DNA of 64,000 nucleotides from Alphaproteobacteria bacterium (GCA_050331455.1 JBHJGV010000031.1:29098-93097); one strand, 5' to 3'; numbered from the stretch's first letter, positions 1 to 10,043 are shown. Numbers and translations: made by a program. Notes: a model not told the origin generated them from the sequence alone.

Positions 1-445
1 ATTCATGGTCGCTCAAGCGGGTGTCCAAGACCGTATAGAGCCGCTTGGTCTCGTTCTGGTACCGATCAATGACCGGTTGGATCTTTTCGGGAAAATAACG
101 AAAGAAAACATGGGCCTGCCCCTGCATGGGCCCGACACCGCCCATCTGGAACATCAGCCACTGGATCACCGATGAGCGGCCCTTCACGTCCGTGGGCAGC
201 AGAGCGCCAGCCTTCTCGGCCAGATACACCATGATCGCGCCGGACTCGAAGACCGCAAAATCATCCGCATCCCGGTCCACGATCGCGGGAATGCGCCCGT
301 TCGGATTGATGGCGAGGTACCAGGCTTCCTTCTGCGCATTGGTTCCGATATCCACCGGATGGGTCTCATAATCGAGGCCAAGCTCTTCCAGGGTGCAGGA
401 GGCCTTGTAGCCGTTCGGCGTCGTCCAGGTGTAAAGATCAATCAT
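1..445 (-). CDS. Glutathione S-transferase (YfcG/YghU-like), runs off the window's left edge
   Basis: Manual translation from ATG 445: [57 protein letters not shown]...[13 protein letters not shown]; TPNG, NPNGRIP and ESGAI are GST N-domain motifs. Not listed in the ORF track. Confidence 0.9.
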   Translation of the reverse strand, partial: MIDLYTWTTPNGYKASCTLEELGLDYETHPVDIGTNAQKEAWYLAINPNGRIPAIVDRDADDFAVFESGAIMVYLAEKAGALLPTDVKGRSSVIQWLMFQMGGVGPMQGQAHVFFRYFPEKIQPVIDRYQNETKRLYTVLDTRLSDHE

Positions 446-598
446 CGAATGCCCTCCAGGCTGTGCGGCGAAAACCCATGGCGGGCACGTGGGCCGCGAC
501 CCGGCGGCTTACAAGCCAAGGCCCCGCTCACGGCTTGGGGAGAATCACGCATAGGTGCTTTGTTGGCCCGCACGCGCAGGCAATGAAGGGAGTTGGCC

Positions 599-1393
599 AT
601 GCAGCAGTTCCACGACCTGATCATTCGCATTCTGGAGACGGGCAGCGACCGGCCGGACCGGACGGGCACGGGCGTGCGCGGTGTCTTCGGCCATCAAATG
701 CGCTTCGATCTGCGCCAGGGGTTCCCCCTGCTGACGACCAAGAAGCTTTATACCCGCGCGATCGTCCACGAACTGCTCTGGTTCCTCCGTGGGGAGACCA
801 ATGTCCGTAGCCTTCAGGCGGAAGGCGTGACCATTTGGGACGAATGGGCCGACACGGACGGCGAACTGGGGCCGATCTACGGCCACCAATGGCGCTCCTG
901 GCCCGACGCCAAGGGCGGAACCATCGACCAGATTGCCTGGGTCGTGCGGGAAATCCACACCAATCCGACGTCACGGCGCCTTGTGGTGAGCGCCTGGAAC
1001 CCGGCGGACATTCCGGACATGGCCCTGCCCCCCTGCCATTGCCTATTCCAGTTCTATGTCGACGGCGACCGCCTCTCCTGCCAGCTTTACCAGCGCAGTG
1101 CGGATGTTTTTCTCGGCGTGCCCTTCAACATCGCGTCCTATGCATTGCTGACCCATATGGTGGCCCAGGTCACAGGACTCGGGGTGGGTGAGTTCGTCCA
1201 CACGCTCGGGGATGCTCATCTTTATGCCAATCATATGGATCAGGCGCGCCTTATCCTGACCCGGGAGCCGCGGCCCCTGCCGACCCTGAAGCTCAACCCG
1301 GCGGTGGCGGATGTGTTCGCCTTCACCTACGACGATATTGCGATCGAAGGCTACGATCCACATCCGGCCATTCCCGCACCGATCGCGGCTTGA
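599..1393 (+). CDS. thyA: Thymidylate synthase
   Basis: [31 protein letters not shown] (catalytic Cys), [18 protein letters not shown]; ATG 599 follows a GGGAG RBS. Confidence 0.98.
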   Translation: MQQFHDLIIRILETGSDRPDRTGTGVRGVFGHQMRFDLRQGFPLLTTKKLYTRAIVHELLWFLRGETNVRSLQAEGVTIWDEWADTDGELGPIYGHQWRSWPDAKGGTIDQIAWVVREIHTNPTSRRLVVSAWNPADIPDMALPPCHCLFQFYVDGDRLSCQLYQRSADVFLGVPFNIASYALLTHMVAQVTGLGVGEFVHTLGDAHLYANHMDQARLILTREPRPLPTLKLNPAVADVFAFTYDDIAIEGYDPHPAIPAPIAA

Positions 1394-1402
1394 GGAGATT
1401 CC

Positions 1403-1930
1403 ATGGCCTATGACGGCTGCCGTGTGGTGATGGTGGTTGCGATGGCCCGCAATCGGGTGATCGGGCGGAACGGGACCATCCCGTGGCGTATTCCTGCGGA
1501 TCTCAAGCATTTCAAGGCGGCGACCATGGGCAAGCCCATGGTGATGGGCCGGAAAACCTTCGAGAGCATTGGCCGGCCCCTGGCTGGCCGAACCTCCATC
1601 GTCGTGACCCGCCAGGCGGACTGGTCCGCCGACGGCGTCCTGACCGCCTTGAGCATCGAAGCCGGCCTTGACCTTGCGGTCCGCGATGCCCGCGCCCGGG
1701 GCGTTCCGGAGATCGCCGTGGTCGGCGGCGGCGAGATCTATGCCGCCAGCCTTCCTTTTGCGGATGAAATTTCCCTGACCCGGATCGATGCCGAGATCGA
1801 CGGCGATACCCGGTTTCTGCCGCTCGATCCGGAGTCCTGGGTGTTCGGACCGGCAGAGCCGTTCCCCGAGGACCCCCGCGCCAGCCACGCCGCGGACCTC
1901 GTCACCGTCACGCGCCGTCCGCCGGCCTGA
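1403..1930 (+). CDS. folA: Dihydrofolate reductase
   Basis: NRVIG, IPWRIPADLKHFK, VMGRKTFESIGRPL, GGGEIY; directly follows thyA. Confidence 0.97.
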   Translation: MAYDGCRVVMVVAMARNRVIGRNGTIPWRIPADLKHFKAATMGKPMVMGRKTFESIGRPLAGRTSIVVTRQADWSADGVLTALSIEAGLDLAVRDARARGVPEIAVVGGGEIYAASLPFADEISLTRIDAEIDGDTRFLPLDPESWVFGPAEPFPEDPRASHAADLVTVTRRPPA

Positions 1931-1943
1931 AGGCCTCCCAAAA

Positions 1944-4433
1944 CTACTCCGCAGCCTGACTGGCGCCCACCATCTGGGGTTCGGCCGGGAGATGGCAGAC
2001 GACGCGGGTGCCCTTTTCAGGCTCGGACTCCAGGGTCACCCAGCCGCCATGCAGCTCCACGAAACTTTTGACCAGGGACAGGCCCAGGCCCGCCCCCCGC
2101 CGGGCGGAATCGTGGGTGGCGAACCGGTCGAACACCGTGGCCTGATATTCCGCAGGAATGCCCGACCCCGTATCGGCGACCCAGACCATGACCATGGCTT
2201 TCTGACGGGCTGCTCCGATGGTGACCGTGTCGCCCTTTTCGGTGAACCGCAGCGCATTCGAGGTCAGATTGAACAGGATCTGACGGAGGCGCTTGCCGTC
2301 GGCCACCATGGTGCCGATATCCTTGGGGCAATCCACCGTGACCGTCACCGCGCTGTCCGCGGCGCGGCTGACGGCAACGTCCCGAGCGTTTTTCAGCAGC
2401 GCGCCCACATCCACAGTGTCGAGTTCCAGGGACAGGGTGCCCGCGTCGATCATGGCGAGATCCAGAATGTCGTCGATCAGGTCCCGCAACTGGCCCGACG
2501 CCAGCAAGATGTGACCGGTATATTCCTTCTGCCGATCGTTCAGGTCGCCGACCATGCCTTCGCTGATCATCTCTGTGAAGCCGACAATGGAATTGAGCGG
2601 TGTTCGGAGCTGGTAGGACACATTGGAGACGAATTCGGATTTCAGCCGGTCCGCCGTTTCCAGGGCCTCGTTGCGTTCGCGCAAGGCATGTTCCATGCGC
2701 GCCGTGTCCGTCACATCAAGGAATGTGAGCAGGATGCGCCCGTCGGGCAGGGCCTCACCGGCGAAATCCAGGATCCGCCCGTCGAGCCGGATCAGGCGCC
2801 CCGGCTGGAGCTCCCCGTCGCTTTCGATGGCCGTCACGGCCGCCGCGATGCGCGGCCATTCCCCGTCTTCCGCGCTGTGGATGTCCTCAAGCTGGGGAGC
2901 GCAACGTTCGGTCAGGACGGAAAAATGGGGCTCGCCGCGCAACAGGGTCTGCTCAAGGCCCCATAAGCGGGCAAAGGCCGCGTTGGACAATTTCAGCCGG
3001 CCGTCCCGGCCGAACACCGCCACGGCCTCATGAAGGTGATCGAGCGTGACCCGTTGCACGCTGGTGAGTGTCTTGTAGGAGCTTTCCAGAGTGACCTGAT
3101 CGGTCACGTCTTCGTAGAGATAAATCAGTCCGCCGAAGGGATGGGCCCGGCAGATCACCCTCAAGGACCGACCGTCGGGCAGGTGCCACAACTCGTCGCC
3201 GTCGGTGATCTGCTGGTACAAGGCCTGACGCTGGCGCTTCCAGGCCTGGAAGTCCGCCTGCTCGGGCAATTGCCGCTGTTCCCGAAGATATTCCAGGATC
3301 TCCCCGTCTTCCGGCTGCTGATCGAGCCAGCGCGGATCGAGCCCCCAGAGGCTCACAAAGGCTTCATTGAAGAAGACGAGCTTCGTGTCCGCGCCGAAAA
3401 TGGCGACAGCCGTGCGCAGCTGGTCCAGGGTTTCACGGTGGGCACGGATATGGCTCTCCAGCTGTTGTTCCGCATCGTCGACGGCGGAGAGGTCAAGGGC
3501 GATGCCGCCCGTGCCGTTGCCGACGGGAATGGCGATCAGGTCCATGGCCCGGCGATGTCCGTCCACCACCACATAACGGCGCTTGCGCTGGACTTCCGTG
3601 GTGCGGGCGGCCAGGGCCGACAGGGAGCGTTCCGAATTGTCGAGCTCACGCCGTTCCTCCACCGCGAGGTCCGGGTTCGCACAATCCACCGCCGCCGCAT
3701 AGGCGTCGTTGCACCAGACCAGGGCGTGCCCGCGCCGGCGCCACATGGGGAAAGGCGCCCGGTTCAGGAATTCGGCAAATCCCGCCCGATCCCGCTCGGC
3801 CTGCTCCAGACGCTCCGCGAGGGTCTCAATCTCCGAGCGCTCAGGCGAGATGTCGCGCAGCTTGACGGCGGACTGGGTCGCAGCCGGCCGCCCATGGGCT
3901 TCGATAATTCCGCCATTGCGGCGGGTCAGGGTCAGGTTGAACGGCTTGCCGTCGCTGCGCAGGGCGCCGAGCGCAGCGGCAAACCGCTGGCGGGCCGCGT
4001 CGTCGAGGCCTGCGATGAAGGCTTCGAACCGCCCGGCAACGGCGCCGTCCGGGTGATTGGCCCGACGCTCCCGGTCCTCCGCATCAATCACGATATCCGT
4101 GGGCTGAATATCCGCGTCGTCCCGGTCGTCCCCGTCAAGGGCGGTGCCCCGGCCCAGCACCTGATCGGGTGCCTGGAGGCCCATCGCGCCGCCGCGGGCG
4201 GCACCGGCGATGGCGGGGCCTTTGCCCTCGTCCCAGATGAGCGTAAGGTCCGGGTCGGATCGGAACAGCACATCGGCCCGGGCCATGGTGGCCTCCATGG
4301 TCCGGCGCGCTTCGATCCAAGTTCTGGCGAGGGTGCGGCGTCTCAGGCCTTCATGCACGGCCCAAAGGGCCGAAGCGAAGGCGAACAGAACCGATCCTGC
4401 CGTGATAATCCACTGGGTGGTGGCCGCTGCCAT
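1944..4433 (-). CDS. divL: DivL-like PAS-domain pseudo-histidine kinase
   Basis: N-terminal TM, several PAS-like regions, H-box SNVSYQLRTPL with Tyr at the phospho-His position, HATPase motifs (NLTSNALRF, DTGSGI, GAGLGL). Confidence 0.88.
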   Translation of the reverse strand: MAAATTQWIITAGSVLFAFASALWAVHEGLRRRTLARTWIEARRTMEATMARADVLFRSDPDLTLIWDEGKGPAIAGAARGGAMGLQAPDQVLGRGTALDGDDRDDADIQPTDIVIDAEDRERRANHPDGAVAGRFEAFIAGLDDAARQRFAAALGALRSDGKPFNLTLTRRNGGIIEAHGRPAATQSAVKLRDISPERSEIETLAERLEQAERDRAGFAEFLNRAPFPMWRRRGHALVWCNDAYAAAVDCANPDLAVEERRELDNSERSLSALAARTTEVQRKRRYVVVDGHRRAMDLIAIPVGNGTGGIALDLSAVDDAEQQLESHIRAHRETLDQLRTAVAIFGADTKLVFFNEAFVSLWGLDPRWLDQQPEDGEILEYLREQRQLPEQADFQAWKRQRQALYQQITDGDELWHLPDGRSLRVICRAHPFGGLIYLYEDVTDQVTLESSYKTLTSVQRVTLDHLHEAVAVFGRDGRLKLSNAAFARLWGLEQTLLRGEPHFSVLTERCAPQLEDIHSAEDGEWPRIAAAVTAIESDGELQPGRLIRLDGRILDFAGEALPDGRILLTFLDVTDTARMEHALRERNEALETADRLKSEFVSNVSYQLRTPLNSIVGFTEMISEGMVGDLNDRQKEYTGHILLASGQLRDLIDDILDLAMIDAGTLSLELDTVDVGALLKNARDVAVSRAADSAVTVTVDCPKDIGTMVADGKRLRQILFNLTSNALRFTEKGDTVTIGAARQKAMVMVWVADTGSGIPAEYQATVFDRFATHDSARRGAGLGLSLVKSFVELHGGWVTLESEPEKGTRVVCHLPAEPQMVGASQAAE

Positions 4434-4445
4434 GGTTGCGCGCCC

Positions 4446-4470
4446 CTAACGTAGCGTTATCCGAATCATT
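4446..4470. promoter_or_regulatory. Possible CtrA box (CTAA-N7-TTAT) with adjacent GANTC site upstream of divL
   Basis: CTAAcgtagcgTTAT at 4446-4460 matches TTAA-N7-TTAA at 6/8; GAATC follows a few bases later. Confidence 0.3.
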
Positions 4471-4565
4471 CGAAGTATAAGGTGTTTTGCCGGGTCCTGA
4501 GGATCCTTTCGGGAGGAGCACCGTCACAATCCCTGCTTGCCATGTGATTCGGGGTCGCGGCGCCC

Positions 4566-4880
4566 TTGCCCCGTCCATCCGGCCGCCCCAATCCATCCCT
4601 CCAGCCCACGGGCCTGGATGATCCAGGAGTTCGGGTCTTGCCCAACCGTCCCCTCATCACGGAGCAGACCCTCGGTGTCCTGATCAGCGCCGCGGAGCAG
4701 ATCCTGGGCCGCGAAAGCCCGGTGACCCAGGCCCTGTTCCTCGCCGCCGCGGATCCCGATTATCTTGATGCGGCCTGGGCGGCGGTCGAAGCCCTGCCCG
4801 ATGACCAGCGGCGCAGTTTCGCGGCCTCCGTCGCGGACATGCATCCGCCCTTCGTCATTGGCGGCCGGGACATGGAATAG
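4566..4880 (+). CDS. Small hypothetical helical protein (start uncertain)
   Basis: 104-aa ORF in the gap divergent from divL with typical high-GC codon usage; no motif recognised. Confidence 0.5.
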   Translation: MPRPSGRPNPSLQPTGLDDPGVRVLPNRPLITEQTLGVLISAAEQILGRESPVTQALFLAAADPDYLDAAWAAVEALPDDQRRSFAASVADMHPPFVIGGRDME

Positions 4881-5153
4881 GCGAGGCGCGTGGCGCTTGC
4901 CGAAACCTCATTGCGCTCTTATCCTGCCGTTCTGGCTGGAGGTCCTGGCCGCTCGCGGGCTGCTCTCCTTGTGGGGACATGGGCCCATGGCGAATACCTC
5001 CGGGCGCCCGAGGGCGGGCGCTCTTTTGAACGCGGTCACCCATCCTTTTCAGGCTGCAGGCCGATGGCAAGGCGAGCCCCATCATCGATCCGCGCTGCAT
5101 CGAACTGCATCGCATCGATCCGTCCTGTGGCCGGACAAGGATGAGGCTCCCCC

Positions 5154-5630
5154 ATGACCGTTATTGTGCCTTCGATCGACCTGTTAAAGCGCGAGGCCCG
5201 GCGTTTGCGTCTGGTCCGGCGCCGCACCGGGACACCGCTCTCCCACGGCGCCGCCCTTCAGGCCGTCGCCCATGCCCATGGCTTTCGCAACTGGAACACC
5301 CTGCACGCCGTGGCGGCGCGTCAGGCGGCGGATCTGCCCTACCGAGCCGGCGCGCGGGTGTGCGGCGCCTATCTGGGGCAGGCCTTCGAAGGCAGAATTC
5401 TGACAGTCGCTCCAACGCCCGAGGGCTTTTTCCGGCTCGATCTGATCTTTGACGAGCCCGTGGATGTGGTGCGTTTTGACAGCTTTTCCGCCCTGCGCCG
5501 GCGGGTCAGCGGCCGGCTCACGCAAGCCGGTGAGAGCCCGGAGCGGACGTCGGACGGCATGCCCCACCTCACCGTGGCGTGCTTGGAGGCACAGGGCGCT
5601 GCGCGGCCCGCAGACGGGGTCCCTGTCTGA
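5154..5630 (+). CDS. Glyoxalase-superfamily protein (Glyoxalase_8-like N-terminus plus beta-rich C-domain)
   Basis: LKREARRLR...LSHGAALQAVAHAHGFRNWNTL N-terminal motif; FDEPVDVVRFDSFSALRRRV C-domain; GAGG RBS. Confidence 0.75.
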   Translation: MTVIVPSIDLLKREARRLRLVRRRTGTPLSHGAALQAVAHAHGFRNWNTLHAVAARQAADLPYRAGARVCGAYLGQAFEGRILTVAPTPEGFFRLDLIFDEPVDVVRFDSFSALRRRVSGRLTQAGESPERTSDGMPHLTVACLEAQGAARPADGVPV

Positions 5631-5676
5631 TGCGCGCCGTAAGATTGGCACACTGACGAAAATCCTGTGTTCACGA

Positions 5677-5709
5677 AAGGCGGATCTCGGCGTCGCCGGG
5701 ATCCGCCTT
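5677..5709. terminator. Strong hairpin, probable terminator
   Basis: AAGGCGGATCtcggcgtcgccggGATCCGCCTT inverted repeat downstream of 5630. Confidence 0.55.
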
Positions 5710-6055
5710 GCCCTCGCGCCAGCGCTGTCAAAGGCACGGCCTGTCAAAGGCGGTTTTGGATCAGCCTCGGGCACCCTCGACGATCCCCGCCGTGGGCGCC
5801 GCGGTGGTCTGGGACCAGACCCGGCCTCTTCCCTCAATCGGGACCGGGGAAAAGGGTCGCTGTGCTCCCCATCGTGCCCCAGCCCGGCGGATCCGGCCGA
5901 AACACCGCAAAGATCGGGCCCCCTGGTCAAACGCGTTGCGTCCCGTTAAGAATGGCAGCATTATGAAGGGTAACGGTTGTCCGCCACGGAGCCGGTTTAC
6001 CCTGAACCGATTGCCGTCGCCCCCGGTACGATCTGCGCGCAAGAGGATCCGTGTT

Positions 6056-6970
6056 TTGTCCTTGGATCGATTGTTTATCCCAAATCTTTTTGTCATCGGT
6101 GCCGCCAAGGCGGCGAGTTCTTCGTTGCAGCGATGGCTGAGCGACCATCCCGACGTCATCGGCAGCCAGCCCGAGGAAACCCGCTTCCTGATGGACGCCG
6201 ACGATCCTTTGAGCCAGCCCAAAGGCTATGCGGTCACCGGTCTTGAAGGATACGGGGCTTTCTTTCCCGAACGGGGCCGCCCGAGCCGGTATCAACTCGA
6301 CGTGACGCCGATGTATTATTACCAGCAGGCTGCCCGGGAGATCATCCCGGCCCTGCCCGATGCGAGGGCCATTTTCCTGGCCCGCCGACCCGGTGCTCGC
6401 CTGAAATCGCTTTACGATTACGCCCGTAATAATGTGGGTGTGTTGCCGCCGAACATCACCTTCGCCGAGTTCGTATCGGAGATGGAGAAAGGTCCGGCGT
6501 CTGACGTGATCGGCAAACACCCGATGATGTGCAACGGCCTCCAGCATTCCCGCTACGCCGAGTATCTGCGGGACTGGATGACGGCCATGGGCCGGGACCG
6601 CTTGGCCGTCCTTATTTTCGAGGAATTGATCGCCGATCCGCGGTCGAACCTCATCCGGCTGGCGAACATGCTCGGCATCGACCCGGGATTTTATGATCGG
6701 TATACGTTCCCAAAGGAGAACGAGAGCTACTCGGTGTCCAATCGCCCGGCGCACCGTCTTGCAAGGCGGATGAAAGGCACGGTGCCGTCCTTCGTGCGAA
6801 AATCCCTGAAACCGGCCTATCTTTTGATCAATACAAAGCGCAGCAAGCCGGCCAAGACGTCCGACGACCTCGCCACCATGGCCTATGTCGATGAAAAACT
6901 GTCCGCATCGGAAGCCGATCTTGCATCGCTTCTTGGACGCGACCGGATCTGGGCCCCGTCACCCGCCTGA
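6056..6970 (+). CDS. PAPS-dependent sulfotransferase (Sulfotransfer_1/3 type)
   Basis: PNLFVIGAAKAASSSL 5'-PSB loop, LDVTPMYYY, RRPGARLKSLY 3'-PB; probable TTG start 6056 after GAGGA. The longer ORF from 5708 is unlikely. Confidence 0.88.
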   Translation: MSLDRLFIPNLFVIGAAKAASSSLQRWLSDHPDVIGSQPEETRFLMDADDPLSQPKGYAVTGLEGYGAFFPERGRPSRYQLDVTPMYYYQQAAREIIPALPDARAIFLARRPGARLKSLYDYARNNVGVLPPNITFAEFVSEMEKGPASDVIGKHPMMCNGLQHSRYAEYLRDWMTAMGRDRLAVLIFEELIADPRSNLIRLANMLGIDPGFYDRYTFPKENESYSVSNRPAHRLARRMKGTVPSFVRKSLKPAYLLINTKRSKPAKTSDDLATMAYVDEKLSASEADLASLLGRDRIWAPSPA

Positions 6971-7108
6971 TCCAGCCCAGGCCATGAATGGTGTCTTTCC
7001 ATCGAGTAAGGCCATCGAAGCCTGTTCAAGACACTCCGGATCGGGAAAATCCTTTGAGTCTTTACGTGGACCGGTTTGCGGACAGGAAACCGGTGTCCCC
7101 TTTTTCCC

Positions 7109-9655
7109 CTAGGCGCTCTTAACCTCGGGCTGGTGAGGACGTCCCAGGGTCTCCTCGATTGCCTCGGCCAGGGCCCAAACGGCAGGCGGGCGCATCACGC
7201 CGATATGATTGGCGTCGATCTCCCGGATCGTGAGGGCAGGCCCGATCAGCCGGCGCCACTCGGGCCGGATTCTATCGCGCTTCACATTGTGACGCGCGCT
7301 GATCAACGTGACCTGCGAACCGCCGGTCCCGTTGTGCGGCAAGGGAGCGGGCACATAGCGCAGCACGGCGAGGCGGTGCAGGTCGTCGAGATCCTGCGGG
7401 GTGTCCGGACTCAAGGCTTGCAGTCCGGGAATGCCCGACAGGCCGGTCCTGGCCGACATCCACGCCCCACCCATGTTGCCCTTCAGCAGATGCCGCACGA
7501 CGACCCGGGGATACCGGGCACGGTCCGCCCACCCCACAAAGGGGTCGATCACGATGAGATGGGAGGCAGGTTGGCCCCTCTCAATCAGCACACGGGCCAT
7601 TTCCAGGGCGATGTAGCCGCCGAAACTGAAGCCCATGAGCCGATAAGGGCCGGGCACATTTTCCGCGGCAAGAACGTCGAGGGCGTCGGCGGCCATGTCT
7701 TCGATGGATCGCGCCGGGAGGGATCCCCGATCAAGGCCGCGCGGACGCAGACCCAGAACGGGCTGGTCCGGCGACAGGGTCTGGGCCAGGGCCAGATAAT
7801 CGGACAGATGCCCGGCCGCCACCGGCAGCGCGATCAACGGCGCGCGCCGGTTGCCGGCGCGCAGCGTTACCAGACCGCCGGACGGCCGCAGGGGCGCAGA
7901 CGCCGCGCCGTCGATCTGATCGGCAAGGGCCGGGATCGAGGCGCCCTTGAGGATCAAGGCATCGAGGGTTAAGCGGATGCCGAACCGCTCCTCCAGGGCC
8001 AGCAAGAGTGTCATGGCCTGGAGTGAATCTCCGCCCACGTCGAAAAAATCATCCTCATCCCCGAAATCCCCATGCCCGAGGATCAGCCGCCATGCCTCGG
8101 CGATGCCTTTGGCCGTCACCGAGCAGGCACTGCCGACCGCGCGATCGGCTTGCGCTTCGCTCGACGGCGCGAGCGGATCCGGCAGGGCCTGTTTGAGGAC
8201 CTTGCCAGTGGGCCCCGTGGGCAGCGCATCGATCCGGCGGATGACGCTCGGCACCATGTAATTCGGCGCCCGCGCGGCCAGGAACGCCCGAAGCGCCTTC
8301 AGATCGGGGGCCACGTCGCCCTTCGGCACCACATAGCAGGCAAGTCGCCGGATGCCGCCAGCCCCTTCGAAGGGTGTGACGGCGGCATGTTCCACAGTCG
8401 GATGATCGCGCACCATCTGTTCGATCTCCGAAGGCCGGACATTGAAACCGCGAATCTTGACCTGGTCATCCTTGCGGCCCAGCCCATGCAGGATGCCGGC
8501 CCGGTCCTGGCGTGCCAAAAAATTCGTCCGGAACCAGAGCACCCCTTCCGCGTCCCGGAAATAGGCTTCCGCCGTGCGCTCGGGATCGTTGAGATAGTCC
8601 CCAGCCAGAGTGCCGCCCGTGACATGGATTTCGCCGGGCTCGCCCGGCTGCACGGTCTGTCCATCCTCTCGCACGATGCGAACATCGTCCGGGTTCAAAA
8701 TACGCCCAAGCGGCGTCACATCGTGCTCGATCGGGTCGCCATGGCGGTGCACATTGAAGGCCAGATCGCAATGCTCCGTTGCGGCAAAGACCGTGTAAAG
8801 CGTTGCACCGGGGGGAAAGGTTCGCTCGAATGCCTCTATATCTGCCCGGGTGGCCGCCTCGCCGACGGCATTGACCGTCATGATGTGCTCGAAGGGGTCC
8901 TGCGCTGCGGCCATAATCCGTCGCAGAATTGCGAGCTGTCCGGGGAGCTCCGTGACCTCTGTTTCACGCAGCCACGGAATGAGATCTGCGATGCCCCGTT
9001 GGCGCAAATCGTAATACACGAGCGAATCGCCGCACAGCGGAATCCAGAATTCGCTCATGGCCCTGAGGTGATTGAAATGGATGTGCCGGTGGGGAACGGT
9101 GCCCGGCCGGCCGTAGAGGGTTTCGCGGCGGGCCATGCGGAATGCCAAGGGACCCGCGCGGTAAGGGACGCATTTCGGCCGGCCCGTCGAGCCGGAGGTG
9201 TTCTGGATACCGAGAATAGAGTCCGGACTGCGCTCGACCGGCGAAAAGGGCGTCACGGCCGAGGGAGACGGCGCGTCTTCCGGGATGGCGAGGGGGTCCG
9301 TGGGAAGAATGGTCCGCGCCTGGTCCATAAAGCCCGGAGCGGCCAGGATGCGCGCCGCGCCGCAGGTGGCCATCACATCGTGCAGCACAGGCCCCGGCAG
9401 GTCCGTGTTGATGTTGACCATTCCGGCTCCGGCCTTGAGGCAGGCCATATAGGCGATGGTGCGGTGCCGGGTTGGGCCACCGAGAAATCCGAACACATCG
9501 TTTCGGCCCTCACTGCGCTCGAAGATCATGGCCGCAACCTGATCCGATGCGGCGTTCAGGTCACCGAAGGTCAGGCTGCCCCGGTCATCGATAATAGCGA
9601 TATCGCCGGCGCGCTCCGCCACGATCCGCTGAAAGCGATCGAAAAAGCTCTGCAT
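7109..9655 (-). CDS. Stand-alone NRPS-like enzyme, adenylation-carrier-thioesterase (A-T-TE)
   Basis: TSGSTGRPK (A3), GRKDDQVKIRG (A8), PTGK (A10), DFFDVGGDSL carrier Ser, GFSFGG thioesterase; ATG 9655 after GGAGG; no condensation domain. Confidence 0.88.
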   Translation of the reverse strand: MQSFFDRFQRIVAERAGDIAIIDDRGSLTFGDLNAASDQVAAMIFERSEGRNDVFGFLGGPTRHRTIAYMACLKAGAGMVNINTDLPGPVLHDVMATCGAARILAAPGFMDQARTILPTDPLAIPEDAPSPSAVTPFSPVERSPDSILGIQNTSGSTGRPKCVPYRAGPLAFRMARRETLYGRPGTVPHRHIHFNHLRAMSEFWIPLCGDSLVYYDLRQRGIADLIPWLRETEVTELPGQLAILRRIMAAAQDPFEHIMTVNAVGEAATRADIEAFERTFPPGATLYTVFAATEHCDLAFNVHRHGDPIEHDVTPLGRILNPDDVRIVREDGQTVQPGEPGEIHVTGGTLAGDYLNDPERTAEAYFRDAEGVLWFRTNFLARQDRAGILHGLGRKDDQVKIRGFNVRPSEIEQMVRDHPTVEHAAVTPFEGAGGIRRLACYVVPKGDVAPDLKALRAFLAARAPNYMVPSVIRRIDALPTGPTGKVLKQALPDPLAPSSEAQADRAVGSACSVTAKGIAEAWRLILGHGDFGDEDDFFDVGGDSLQAMTLLLALEERFGIRLTLDALILKGASIPALADQIDGAASAPLRPSGGLVTLRAGNRRAPLIALPVAAGHLSDYLALAQTLSPDQPVLGLRPRGLDRGSLPARSIEDMAADALDVLAAENVPGPYRLMGFSFGGYIALEMARVLIERGQPASHLIVIDPFVGWADRARYPRVVVRHLLKGNMGGAWMSARTGLSGIPGLQALSPDTPQDLDDLHRLAVLRYVPAPLPHNGTGGSQVTLISARHNVKRDRIRPEWRRLIGPALTIREIDANHIGVMRPPAVWALAEAIEETLGRPHQPEVKSA

Positions 9656-10043
9656 ATGCCACCTCCCACCCCTCCGACGACCACGGCGGGCCCGTCGTGA
9701 ACCCGGCGGGTGTTTGCCCGCGACGACCGACGCGCGCCAAAGGGCTGACGCCCGGGCGCTTTCGGCCGGACAAGCGAAACCGGGGGCGTCGCGCCCGCAC
9801 CGGTGCCGGATTGGGTGCTCAAAAACCGAGTGGATCACGTCGCGGCTGTCGGGACCCGCGCAATGGATCGATCCGTGTCGCAAGCGAACCACCGGCGGAT
9901 CACCTCAGGTGCACTCAACCCCGTTTCGATCGGCCAAGAAACTTACCGATCCCTCATCTTCCCGCAGCGGGGGGGAGGACAGATTAAATTCACCACTTTG
10001 GGGGATCACTGCGGCATCCGCATTTCGATCACTTCGCCGATCG

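Noticed and set aside
5708-6055. N-terminal extension of the sulfotransferase
   Set aside because: Not protein-like and spans hairpin/promoter DNA; a TTG with RBS at 6056 fits better.
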